NCBI GenBank assembly: GCA_946533395.1
Contig: CAMNBU010000005.1
Coordinates: 17,653 to 81,652, forward strand
Reading direction: 5' to 3'
DNA from: an uncultured Lachnospiraceae bacterium
GTDB taxonomy: Bacteria; Bacillota; Clostridia; Lachnospirales; Lachnospiraceae
Length of the DNA: 64,000 nucleotides
In this document: piece by piece, positions 18,586-26,994 of the stretch
How the letters are laid out: each line of letters begins with the position of its first letter
Numbering within the stretch: the first letter of the stretch is position 1
The notes under the pieces: generated by a model
Told to the model about the DNA's origin: nothing
What the model saw: the letters and a program-made list of their open reading frames with translations, nothing else
Databases searched by the model: none
Made by a program: the position numbers and the translations under genes

Positions 18586-18678
18586 TTCAACACCTATTCG
18601 CAGGCAATGTGTCTGCCGGAGGCGTGCCTGCTGCGCCAGCGGAGGGCCCTACGGCCGGTTACTTTTTGCACTCCCGCG

Positions 18679-18707
18679 ATTATAGCAAATATCGGGACCT
18701 ATTGCAA
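18679..18707 (-). promoter_or_regulatory. Sigma-A-type promoter for the 18585 gene
   Basis: On the minus strand: TTGCAA, a 17-nt spacer, then TATAAT. Confidence 0.6.
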
Positions 18708-18744
18708 GAGGCTTTTCACAGGGATTCCTACGCAAAAATACCCT

Positions 18745-19680
18745 TCAGTTTCCGCCAGGAAGCACTCCCGTGTGGTCAAACGGCGGAATAAAGCTCTCAT
18801 CGGCCGCACTTCCCTCCTGCATGTATGCATTTTTTACACCGATGGAGAGCGCGTACTCTATGACGCTGTCGTACTCGGACGCCCTGACTGCGCGGTTAAG
18901 CGGAGGGATATCCACCGTCCTCTCCACGGGGGTGTACTGGTTCATTATCGATATGTAGATGTCATCGCCGTAGGTGGTGTACAGGTAGCGGATGATCTCC
19001 TTGCTGTCGGCGCTGCACCCCGGCAGTACAAGGTGGCGCACCACCGTCCCGCGGCGAAGCATACCATTTTTATCAAACACACAGGGTCCTGTCTGGCGTA
19101 CCATCTCCTCTATCGCAGCCCTCGCGACCTGCGGGTAGTCCTCCGCGTGCGAAAATCGCTTCGCGAGAAGGGTCGAGCTGTATTTGAGATCCGGGAGATA
19201 TATGTCCGCGAGCCCTTCAAGGCTCCTTATCTGTTCCCGCAGCTCATATGAGGATGTGTTATACAACACAGGTATATCCAGTCCCTCCTCCTTCGCCCAA
19301 GCCACCGCCTCCCGGACAGGGGGAAGCACATGAGCGGCCGTCACCAGATTTATATTGGCAGCGCCCTGCTCCTTAAGCTCAAAAAATATCCGCACCAGCC
19401 GCTCACTGTCGATATAAATGCCCGACTCACCCGTCGATATGGCGCCGTTCTGGCAGAATACGCAGCCCAGGTTGCAGCCCGTGAAAAACACCGTGCCCGA
19501 GCCCGTGCTCCCCGATATGCAGGGCTCCTCCCAGTAGTGCAGAGCCGCTCTGGCCACGGGAAAAAGAACCCGGCCGTCCTCATATTTAAGCTTTGTTCTG
19601 CAGGCTCCGCCCGCCGTGAACCTGTCGGCCCCGCACCGCCTCGGGCAGAGCCTGCACTCGGTAAATGAATACAAATCCAT
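18745..19680 (-). CDS. Radical SAM protein, PflX-like (putative glycyl-radical-enzyme-activase family)
   Basis: CNLGCVFCQN (CxxxCxxC) and size and layout typical of COG1313. Confidence 0.75.
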   Translation of the reverse strand: MDLYSFTECRLCPRRCGADRFTAGGACRTKLKYEDGRVLFPVARAALHYWEEPCISGSTGSGTVFFTGCNLGCVFCQNGAISTGESGIYIDSERLVRIFFELKEQGAANINLVTAAHVLPPVREAVAWAKEEGLDIPVLYNTSSYELREQIRSLEGLADIYLPDLKYSSTLLAKRFSHAEDYPQVARAAIEEMVRQTGPCVFDKNGMLRRGTVVRHLVLPGCSADSKEIIRYLYTTYGDDIYISIMNQYTPVERTVDIPPLNRAVRASEYDSVIEYALSIGVKNAYMQEGSAADESFIPPFDHTGVLPGGN

Positions 19681-19686
19681 TCCTCC

Positions 19687-19715
19687 TTGACATAATACGC
19701 ACTATGGTATAAAAT
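19687..19715 (+). promoter_or_regulatory. Sigma-A-type promoter for tyrA (implies a ~300-nt leader)
   Basis: TTGACA, a 17-nt spacer, then TAAAAT, with TGGTATAAAAT context. Confidence 0.6.
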
Positions 19716-19776
19716 CCTCTGTTGAAAAAAACACATCAGAATCCGGTATGAACGGAGACAAGTTTGAAAGAGGATC

Positions 19777-19940
19777 GTAACTATTCAGAACCATACAGGA
19801 ATGACCAGACGAGTCATGCTTGCATGAACTCGGATGGTTATTTCTGTGTGGTTCTAATAGCAGACGTCCGTCACATGAGCAAAAACCGATGCCTTTGGCA
19901 GAGGTTTTGCGAATGGGATGGGCGGGTGCTGAATAGTTAC
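19777..19940. mobile_element. 164-bp MITE-like non-autonomous element
   Basis: Perfect 12-bp terminal inverted repeats GTAACTATTCAG / CTGAATAGTTAC. They are flanked by the 8-bp direct repeat AGAGGATC (19769..19776 and 19941..19948). The interior is non-coding with several internal hairpins. Confidence 0.7.
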
Positions 19941-19947
19941 AGAGGAT

Positions 19948-20019
19948 CTTTCAAACTTTCATAGGTACCGCGGCAGGCACGGCACCTATGGGCACCATGC
20001 CTGCGGCATAGTACACAAT
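19948..20019 (+). promoter_or_regulatory. Conserved leader module, copy A (3' arm of hairpin H0, helix P1 and helix S2), ending at the tyrA ATG
   Basis: By hand alignment, 60 of the 69 nt before the ATG are identical to 28785..28853, with no gaps. P1 is CATAGGTACC/GGCACCTATG and S2 is GCAGGCA/TGCCTGC. Confidence 0.6.
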
Positions 20020-21099
20020 ATGAAAATAGGATTTATCGGGCTCGGCCTCATCGGCGGGTCCATTGCAAAGGGCCTTAAGAAGGCCCACAGTGACATCTAC
20101 ATAATAGCTCACACCAGAAGCCGCGACAGCCTTCTGCCCGCATTAAATGACGGTGTGATCGATGAGATCGCGGAGGAGATCGACGAGGCGTTCGGAAGCT
20201 GCGACGTCATCTACCTGTGTACTCCGGTAGCCAACAACCGCCAGTTCCTGGTGCTTTTAAAGGACGTGATCTCGGAAAATACCATCATCACCGATGTCGG
20301 AAGCACGAAGGCGGATATCTGCCGCAGCGCAGAGGGGCTGGGCATGGAGAAGAATTTCTGCGGCGGCCATCCGATGGCGGGCTCTGAGAGAAGCGGTTAC
20401 GCGAACAGCTCAGACCACCTTCTCGAGAACGCGTTCTATCTCCTGACCCCCACGGAAGGCACTCCCGAAAGAGCCGTGGAGCTTCTCACATCTCTCGCAA
20501 AGGATCTCGGCTCGACAGTTAAGGTCCTCTCCGCTTCCGAGCACGACGAGACTGTGGCCGCCATCAGCCATCTGCCCCACCTCGTGGCATGCTCCCTCGT
20601 GGACGCGGTACGCGACAACGATAAGAACGGCCTGATGAAAACACTGGCCGCGGGCGGCTTCAAGGATATAACCCGTATAGCATCCTCCTCCCCCGATATG
20701 TGGGAGCAGATATGCGCAAGCAACCGCGAGCCCATCGCGGACTACATAAGGAAGCACATCGCTTCGATGGAGGCCATCCTTTCCATGGTCGAAGCAGGCG
20801 ACGGCGCCGGCATCCACGAGCTCTTCTCTGAGGCTGGCGCCTACAGAAACTCCATCACCGACAGCCTCATCGGGCCCATTGACCAGCAGTTCTACCTCTA
20901 CTGCGATCTGGTGGACAGACCCGGTGCCATCGCGGAGATCGCCGTGCTCCTTGCGACCCGCTCCATCAGTATCAAAAACATCGGTATCATCCAGAACCGC
21001 AATTCGGAGCCCGGTGCCCTGCGCATCCAGTTCTACGACAAGCGCTCGAGGGATGCCGCTGCAGCTGTACTGAAGCAGTATAATTTCCTTGCGGAATAA
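20020..21099 (+). CDS. tyrA: Prephenate dehydrogenase with a C-terminal ACT domain
   Basis: MKIGFIGLGLIGGS Rossmann start and a GGHPMAG motif. The C-terminal ACT-like segment reads DRPGAIAEIAVLLA. Confidence 0.85.
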   Translation: MKIGFIGLGLIGGSIAKGLKKAHSDIYIIAHTRSRDSLLPALNDGVIDEIAEEIDEAFGSCDVIYLCTPVANNRQFLVLLKDVISENTIITDVGSTKADICRSAEGLGMEKNFCGGHPMAGSERSGYANSSDHLLENAFYLLTPTEGTPERAVELLTSLAKDLGSTVKVLSASEHDETVAAISHLPHLVACSLVDAVRDNDKNGLMKTLAAGGFKDITRIASSSPDMWEQICASNREPIADYIRKHIASMEAILSMVEAGDGAGIHELFSEAGAYRNSITDSLIGPIDQQFYLYCDLVDRPGAIAEIAVLLATRSISIKNIGIIQNRNSEPGALRIQFYDKRSRDAAAAVLKQYNFLAE

Positions 21100-21102
21100 T
21101 GT

Positions 21103-21130
21103 CACGACCCCGGCCGGCGCCGGGGTCGTG
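21103..21130 (+). terminator. Terminator hairpin after tyrA
   Basis: CACGACCCCGG / CCGGGGTCGTG followed by CTTATTT. Confidence 0.6.
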
Positions 21131-21131
21131 C

Positions 21132-21875
21132 TTATTTCGTCTTTGCGAAGGTCTCACACACATGTATCCCGTGCTCCGCGACCTCCCTCTCGCAAGCCTT
21201 CACAGGCTCGTCGTACAGATGCTCCGGATCGTGCGCATCGGAGTTTATGAGATAGCGCAGGTCGTATCCCTTCGAGAATTCGAGCATCTCGAAGCTCGGA
21301 TAGCCCCTTTTTCCCCTGTAGCCGTTTGTGTTGATCTCTATCGGTATGCGCAGGCTCTCGCATGTAGTGAAGATATCGTGAAATACCTCCTCGCAGGTCT
21401 TGTCCCAGCTCTTATACTCTGTCAGAAAAACATCCGGGTGCGCAAGCATTTTGAACATCCCCGTGGCCAGCCCCTCGCAAACGCTCTGCCCGTATGCCTT
21501 CACCTCGTCCGGCTTCGTGATGTTGAAGGCGTTTATCCTGCCCGTGCTGTCGCAGTGCTGCCCCATGATCAGGAACTCATACCCCAGCTCGTCGCGAAGG
21601 TATCTGTAGGTATCCATCTCCTCCGGCAGGTACTCGCACTCAAAGCCCTTCAAGATCTTTATCCTGTCGCGGTACTCTTCTATGGCGGCGTTCAGCTGCG
21701 CGTCGAACTCGCCGATGTCGTTAAAGTCCAGCCAGCACCATGAATACCTGTGGCACACATGGTCGGTCATGGCTATCTCCTTAAAGCCCAGCTCGACCGC
21801 CTTCCTGAAATAATCCGAAAATTCACCGGTGGCATGCTTGCACCACCGGCTGTGTGTGTGATAATTAGCTATCAT
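21132..21875 (-). CDS. PHP-family histidinol-phosphatase-like protein
   Basis: The N-terminal YHTHS motif and overall layout resemble the HisJ/PHP family. Confidence 0.7.
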   Translation of the reverse strand: MIANYHTHSRWCKHATGEFSDYFRKAVELGFKEIAMTDHVCHRYSWCWLDFNDIGEFDAQLNAAIEEYRDRIKILKGFECEYLPEEMDTYRYLRDELGYEFLIMGQHCDSTGRINAFNITKPDEVKAYGQSVCEGLATGMFKMLAHPDVFLTEYKSWDKTCEEVFHDIFTTCESLRIPIEINTNGYRGKRGYPSFEMLEFSKGYDLRYLINSDAHDPEHLYDEPVKACEREVAEHGIHVCETFAKTK

Positions 21876-22596
21876 TTTCCTCCGAAAGCTCCTGTTGTCC
21901 CGTCACTTCCTGCTCAGCCTCCGCTGTCTCTTCAGCCTCTTCTGCCGACTCTGAAGCCACCTGCTCGCGCTCGCGCTTCGCCGCTATCGCCTCCTCCGAG
22001 GGTCTGAACACTTTCGCAAACACCTTCGCGGAGAAGTACGCGTACACACCGTAGGCGATAAACGCGTACGGTATCACGAACCACCCCAGGAACGCGCTCA
22101 CGGCCGCCATCACAAAAATGATGATCGTCCAGCCGATCTCGCGAAAAGGCATGAATACCGCCATGAAAAACAGCGTGCCCGTGCGGTTTGAAAAGCGCGA
22201 CAGTATGGGGAACACATACAAAAGCACCAGCACCCATATGACGACCACGCCCGCAAAGAAGGCCATCACGACAGTGGCCGGCGTGGTATTCTGCTCATAG
22301 TAGTAATACACTCCGCCCGCAAGGCCGGCACCCACAGCCAGCATGATCAGCCACATGATCGTGGCCTGCACGAAATTCAGCTTGAAGGACTTTATGAAAT
22401 CCCTGACTACATAGCCCTCCTGCCCCCTGGCCATCTTCAGGAACACATAGTAAAGAGCAGTAGCGCCTGCTCCGGCGGTCACGACCGGGACGCAGGTGAG
22501 TGTGAAGATCACGGACAGTATGAGCACGTCCGTCATGCGGTTCATGGCGCGCCAGACGACCCTGTCCTGATCAAATAATGAATTATTGTCTGCCAT
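21865..22596 (-). CDS. YesL/DUF624 family membrane protein with an acidic C-terminal tail
   Basis: The N-terminus is typical of DUF624 (...MNRMTDVLILSVIFTLTCVPVVTAGAGATALYY). About 6 TM helices. Confidence 0.65.
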   Translation of the reverse strand: MADNNSLFDQDRVVWRAMNRMTDVLILSVIFTLTCVPVVTAGAGATALYYVFLKMARGQEGYVVRDFIKSFKLNFVQATIMWLIMLAVGAGLAGGVYYYYEQNTTPATVVMAFFAGVVVIWVLVLLYVFPILSRFSNRTGTLFFMAVFMPFREIGWTIIIFVMAAVSAFLGWFVIPYAFIAYGVYAYFSAKVFAKVFRPSEEAIAAKREREQVASESAEEAEETAEAEQEVTGQQELSEENDS

Positions 22597-22597
22597 A

Positions 22598-24568
22598 TCA
22601 AATATACTTGTCCGAGAGACGGTACGTGCCGTCCTCGATCTTCTTCAGAATATCCTCATAGACCATGGGCTTTCCGTAGAAATAGCCCTGAAGCCTGCCG
22701 CAGCCTGCCTCCTGCAGAAATTCCACTGCCTCCTCCGTCTCCACGCCCTCCGTGAGCGTCATCATGTTGAGTGACTTCGCGAGATCCAGGATGCTCTTTA
22801 CGATCTTCCTCGCGTTCTCATTGCCGGAGAAGTTCCTGAGGAATACCATATCTACCTTCAGCAGATCGAAGCGGTAATCCTTGAGCACGTTCATGGACGA
22901 GTAGCCGGAACCGAAGTCGTCGAGCCAGATCGAGTATCCCTTTTCATGGAGAATATTCATTGCCTCCTGAAGCTTCGCCATATTGTCGGTAAGTGCACTC
23001 TCGGTGATCTCCACGTGCAGATAATCCCTGGGGATATTGTACTTTTCTATGAGTCCCTCGAGTTCCGCCACGACATCCATCAGTTCAAAATCAAGCCTGG
23101 AGAAGTTAAGCGACACCGGTACCACGGGAAGTCCCGCGTCCAGGCATTCCCTCATCCTCCTGCACACTGTGTTGTATATGCAGCGGTCGAGCTTGTGTAT
23201 CTGGCGGCACTCCTCGAGGACCGGTATGAATACGCCCGGTGAGAGGAAACCCATATCGGGGTCATCCCATCTGGCCAGCGCCTCGCAGCCGCACAGCATA
23301 CCGTCATCCGCCCAGACCACGGGCTGGTAGTAGACCTTTATGTAGCCCTCGCGGACCGCCTTGTCGATATTGTTCAGCACATACTGGCGCAGACGGTAGT
23401 TCTTGTCGAGCTTCTCGTCATACTCCTTGATCGCGTCCTCCTCATGGTTCTTGAGCAGGTAGCACGCATGGCGGCACTTGTTGAGCTCAAGCACGGGGTC
23501 CGCGTCCACATCGGTCGGTCTTAAGGTTCCGGCCTTCATATCGAGATATATCTCACCCTTCTCGGCGACCTTTACGGCTTCTCTGACAGCCTTTACCCTG
23601 TCCTCAAAATCCTCTCTGCAGGTCAGCACGGCGAAGTGATCCTCCGTATCCCTCGCCACAGGCTCACCGGGGAAGTTGCGGGTGATTATCTGTCCTATCT
23701 CCTTCAGGAACACATTGCCCGCCTCATAGCCGTTGCGGTCGTTGTAGGTCTGGAAATTCTCCACATTGAAGAAGATGTATACAGGATGCCTACCCTCCTC
23801 CACGGCCTTCTTCACATATTCGGAAGCCTCGACGCGGAACCTTCTCATGTTCGGCAGGCCGGTGACATCGTCAGTCACCATGGCGAGCTCCAGGCTTTGC
23901 GCCTTCTTCGCCTCGCGGTGTCTCTGGTAATAAATGCTTATCGCCACCATGGTCAGCGATATGAAATACATCTGGTAATTGACCGTGTCGCCGTCACCGA
24001 GCTGTATGGAAGCCCCGTCCCTGCCCACGGCGTAGTTATTGATCCAGTATCTGAAGACCGCGGCGATGGCGGTCATCATGATCACGGAGATGTACGGTCT
24101 CCAGATGAGCAGGCAGCCCGCATACATGACCATGGTAAGGAAGCATGTGATCATCTTGCCCTTCTCGAAGTCTGAGAAGGAGGTGATCATACCGAAGTAC
24201 AGGCACACCATGCCCAGACCCACGGTCCACAGATTCGACAGCTGCTTGTAGCGCTTTATCCTTCCGGAGAGGAATATCAGAGCGTATATAAACACAGCAA
24301 GGGCACAGCCCATGAAGATCCAGTAGCTCTTCGTCCAGTGGAAGAACTCCCCGATATCCTTGACCTTACCGGCGAATACATACTTATTGATATAGCGCAC
24401 CACCATCCACAGCTCGAGTGCTATCACCACAAATGACATATACGCCGCGCTGCGGACATTTGCCTCGCGCATATAGTCTGCGACATACGGCGGGTTACGG
24501 TAAAACCCAAGGGCGTCGCGAACCACTTCCCATATCCTCTCTATAAAACCTTTTTTCTTCTTCTCCAT
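22598..24568 (-). CDS. Membrane-bound degenerate-GGDEF / EAL protein (probable c-di-GMP phosphodiesterase)
   Basis: Multi-TM N-terminus. The GGDEF position reads TEDHF. EAL motifs are intact (CEALARW, LDDFGSGYSS, EGVET). The start is placed at MEKKKK. Confidence 0.8.
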   Translation of the reverse strand: MEKKKKGFIERIWEVVRDALGFYRNPPYVADYMREANVRSAAYMSFVVIALELWMVVRYINKYVFAGKVKDIGEFFHWTKSYWIFMGCALAVFIYALIFLSGRIKRYKQLSNLWTVGLGMVCLYFGMITSFSDFEKGKMITCFLTMVMYAGCLLIWRPYISVIMMTAIAAVFRYWINNYAVGRDGASIQLGDGDTVNYQMYFISLTMVAISIYYQRHREAKKAQSLELAMVTDDVTGLPNMRRFRVEASEYVKKAVEEGRHPVYIFFNVENFQTYNDRNGYEAGNVFLKEIGQIITRNFPGEPVARDTEDHFAVLTCREDFEDRVKAVREAVKVAEKGEIYLDMKAGTLRPTDVDADPVLELNKCRHACYLLKNHEEDAIKEYDEKLDKNYRLRQYVLNNIDKAVREGYIKVYYQPVVWADDGMLCGCEALARWDDPDMGFLSPGVFIPVLEECRQIHKLDRCIYNTVCRRMRECLDAGLPVVPVSLNFSRLDFELMDVVAELEGLIEKYNIPRDYLHVEITESALTDNMAKLQEAMNILHEKGYSIWLDDFGSGYSSMNVLKDYRFDLLKVDMVFLRNFSGNENARKIVKSILDLAKSLNMMTLTEGVETEEAVEFLQEAGCGRLQGYFYGKPMVYEDILKKIEDGTYRLSDKYI

Positions 24569-24777
24569 TATCTCACCCCGCAAGTAAATACGAAACGACT
24601 GCTTTCGTTCATCATACCACATCCCCACTGAAATGGCAACGTGGTAAATATCAGATAAAGCAAGGTATACACGTGTCTTGGCATCCTTTGAAAACTCATG
24701 GCAGGCAGTAAGAACACAAAAACATCAAAACAAGCGCAGGTAAGGGGCAATTTTTATCCAGATAGTTACGGCTTCTC

Positions 24778-24807
24778 TTGACGCAGGGTACTTAGGGGCT
24801 GTATAAT
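24778..24807 (+). promoter_or_regulatory. Sigma-A-type promoter of the ECF sigma operon
   Basis: TTGACG, an 18-nt spacer, then TATAAT (preceded directly by TG). Confidence 0.55.
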
Positions 24808-24887
24808 CAACCCGTTTAGACACGGCAAACGACAGGCGCCTCAGGCACGCCTTTTCGTGTAAGCCGACACGCCTGATAACAGAAGAT

Positions 24888-25592
24888 ATGAAGATATATT
24901 TGGAACCGCCCGAGGAAAAGCCCATAGAGCGGACAGAGGATATGATAGAGCGCGAGGCCGTCAGAAAGACCCTTAAGGGCGAGCGAAAAAAGCTCGCCTC
25001 CATGACCGGCCCTGAGAGGCGCGCCTATATATATACTTATTACAGGCTGCACATCATCTGCGCCGCGGCTGCCGTCATACTGATCGGTTATGTCATTTAC
25101 ATATTCGCCACCAGGCAGGAGACCGTGCTTATGGGCGTCGTTATAGGCGACGGCCTGACCGACAGCACATCCGTGGCGCAGACGATAGGCTCAGCCATAG
25201 GCACGGGCCCGCGCGAAAAAGTGGATATTCAGGACGGCATATACTTAAAGCCCGGCTATTCCACAGGAGTTAACACCGGCAATATGAGCGGCGCCACGCA
25301 GATACTCATGTACATAAGCACAAAAGAGCTGGATTTTTATGTCTGCACCGAGGAAGGGCTCGAATATATGGAGCAGAATAAGGTCTCAAAGGACCTTCGC
25401 GAATATCTGCCCGCCGATCTCGTCACGGCTCTCTCCGACAGTTTTACGCAGGACGGCCACGCCGTGGATATAAGCCCGTGGCGCGAGAAGCTCGGTCTTC
25501 ACCCGGATACGATGTATCTGGGCATCTGCGCTTTGTCGGGAAATGACGAGAATGTGATAAAGTTCGTGAGATGGCTCATCGCAGGGCAATAG
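24888..25592 (+). CDS. Single-pass membrane protein (first gene of the ECF operon), function unknown
   Basis: A charged N-terminus, one TM helix (LHIICAAAAVILIGYVIYIF) and a ~150-aa extracytoplasmic domain. Confidence 0.55.
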   Translation: MKIYLEPPEEKPIERTEDMIEREAVRKTLKGERKKLASMTGPERRAYIYTYYRLHIICAAAAVILIGYVIYIFATRQETVLMGVVIGDGLTDSTSVAQTIGSAIGTGPREKVDIQDGIYLKPGYSTGVNTGNMSGATQILMYISTKELDFYVCTEEGLEYMEQNKVSKDLREYLPADLVTALSDSFTQDGHAVDISPWREKLGLHPDTMYLGICALSGNDENVIKFVRWLIAGQ

Positions 25593-25619
25593 TTGTTTAT
25601 TCAAGAGGAGTCTACGGAT

Positions 25620-26171
25620 ATGGCTGTAACGGACGAGGAGTACTACGACCGTTTTATAAAATACCGCGATGAAGACGATCTGGCGGCTCTCCTCGCAAGG
25701 CATAGGGAGAGCCTAATGCTCTTCATAGACAGCTATGTGCACGATCTGTGCGACGCCGAGGAGCTGATGATGGACGCGTTTGCGGCTGTCGCCGCAGGGC
25801 GGACGATTTTTTCGGGGCGCAGCTCATTTAAGACATGGTTGTTTTCGATAGGCAAAAAACTGGCTCTTTCGCACATACGCGGCAAAAGGCAGTATTCTCC
25901 CCTCGACGAGAACACACCGGGTGCGCAGACTGACGCTCCCGAGCTCGAGTTTCTCAAAAAGGAGCGAAACCGGGAGCTCTACGCCGCGCTGGAGCGAATC
26001 AACGAAGACTACAGAACGATACTGATACTGCTCTACTTCGAGGGCATGGATCACGAGGAGGCCGGACGCGTGATGGGTAAGAATAAACGTCAGATCTATC
26101 ATCTGGCCGAGAGAGGAAGAAAGGCTCTTCGCGAGGAGCTGGTGAAGGTTGGGTTCGATCATTATGCCTGA
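25620..26171 (+). CDS. ECF-type RNA polymerase sigma-70 family factor
   Basis: Region 2 (FKTWLFSIGKKLALSHIR) and region 4 (YRTILILLYFEGMDHEEAGRVMG...IYHLAERGRKALR). GAGGAG lies 8 nt before the ATG at 25620. Confidence 0.8.
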   Translation: MAVTDEEYYDRFIKYRDEDDLAALLARHRESLMLFIDSYVHDLCDAEELMMDAFAAVAAGRTIFSGRSSFKTWLFSIGKKLALSHIRGKRQYSPLDENTPGAQTDAPELEFLKKERNRELYAALERINEDYRTILILLYFEGMDHEEAGRVMGKNKRQIYHLAERGRKALREELVKVGFDHYA

Positions 26172-26994
26172 TAAATATGAAACTTTATTTGGAATCATAG
26201 GGGTCATTATCGAGATAGGACCCGTAGTATTATCTCTTCTGGTCTCTCTTTGCCTGCTGCTGTGTATCATACGAGACATATCGCATGGTTCCGGCTCCAG
26301 AAAAACGATTCTCTTCGCCTTCGGCATGGCCTGTATGCTCCTTAGCAACATCTACTGGATCATATACGACATACTGCGCTCCGGACAGAGGATGCCATTT
26401 GCCGCCAATGAGATAAGTGAATGGGCTCTCTTTCTGCTGCTGGGTGCCGCCCTTTCGGCCGCTTTCCCAAAGAAAGATTCCGCGCTTGTTCAGAAGATAT
26501 TTGCCGCGGTCTTTGCCACCGCCAATACCGCCCTGTGGATCGCGTGGTCCGGCGAATGGATACAGGATGTCGTGACCGGCCTGTGTCTTTTGTATTTTCT
26601 GTGCAATATCGCGCAGGGCGCAAAGGACACGAAGGCTCTGGGACGGATACAATGGGCGGCACTTTCAGCCGCATGCGTGCTGTCGGTAACATTTCAGGCA
26701 TTATGCTTTTTCCTTCCGGAGTCATATACCGTATACAACGTGATGTCTGAACCCCTGAGTTCACTTTCTCTGTCTGCTTTCGTGCTCTATTCCTTCGTAA
26801 AGGCGCTAAAGCTCAGATTCTCGGGAGATCGCGGCAAAAGCTCCTGCTACGCGTTCATCGCCTACGCCCTCTGCTTATGCGGCATGTACATGACATCGGG
26901 GCTCTTCTATGTGGGTTTCTACATCGCAAACTCAGTGTTCACGATCACGATATACAGATCATTTGCAAAGGAGGGCGGTCATGATATACGCTGA
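26164..26994 (+). CDS. Polytopic (about 8 TM) membrane protein in the position where an anti-sigma factor is expected
   Basis: Its start overlaps the sigma gene's stop codon. I recognise no domain in it. Confidence 0.5.
   Translation: MPDKYETLFGIIGVIIEIGPVVLSLLVSLCLLLCIIRDISHGSGSRKTILFAFGMACMLLSNIYWIIYDILRSGQRMPFAANEISEWALFLLLGAALSAAFPKKDSALVQKIFAAVFATANTALWIAWSGEWIQDVVTGLCLLYFLCNIAQGAKDTKALGRIQWAALSAACVLSVTFQALCFFLPESYTVYNVMSEPLSSLSLSAFVLYSFVKALKLRFSGDRGKSSCYAFIAYALCLCGMYMTSGLFYVGFYIANSVFTITIYRSFAKEGGHDIR

Noticed and set aside
19761-19957. Invertible promoter (inverton) flanked by ~28-bp inverted repeats
   Set aside because: The arms contain an 8-bp segment (AGAGGATC) in direct, not inverted, orientation, exactly as expected for a target-site duplication around 12-bp TIRs. 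I found no convincing -35/-10 pair inside, and no invertase gene is nearby. This cannot be fully excluded without read-orientation data.
19764-19964. 66-aa ORF in the tyrA leader
   Set aside because: It spans the MITE-like element and its target duplication. It has no ribosome-binding site and a TTG start, so the non-coding mobile-element interpretation explains the sequence better.
19960-19975. T-box interpretation of CATAGGTACCGCGGCA upstream of tyrA
   Set aside because: It resembles only part of the T-box sequence. I found no stem I, specifier loop, UGGN bulge context or U-run terminator. The same element also precedes a non-amino-acid gene (28854).
19988-20011. Mini-ORF ATG GGC ACC ATG CCT GCG GCA TAG (MGTMPAA) inside the conserved module, as a possible leader peptide
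   Set aside because: There is no Shine-Dalgarno sequence. In copy B the stop position is not conserved and the frame reads on into the main ATG. It has no aromatic or other regulatory codons. The sequence is better explained as helix arms.
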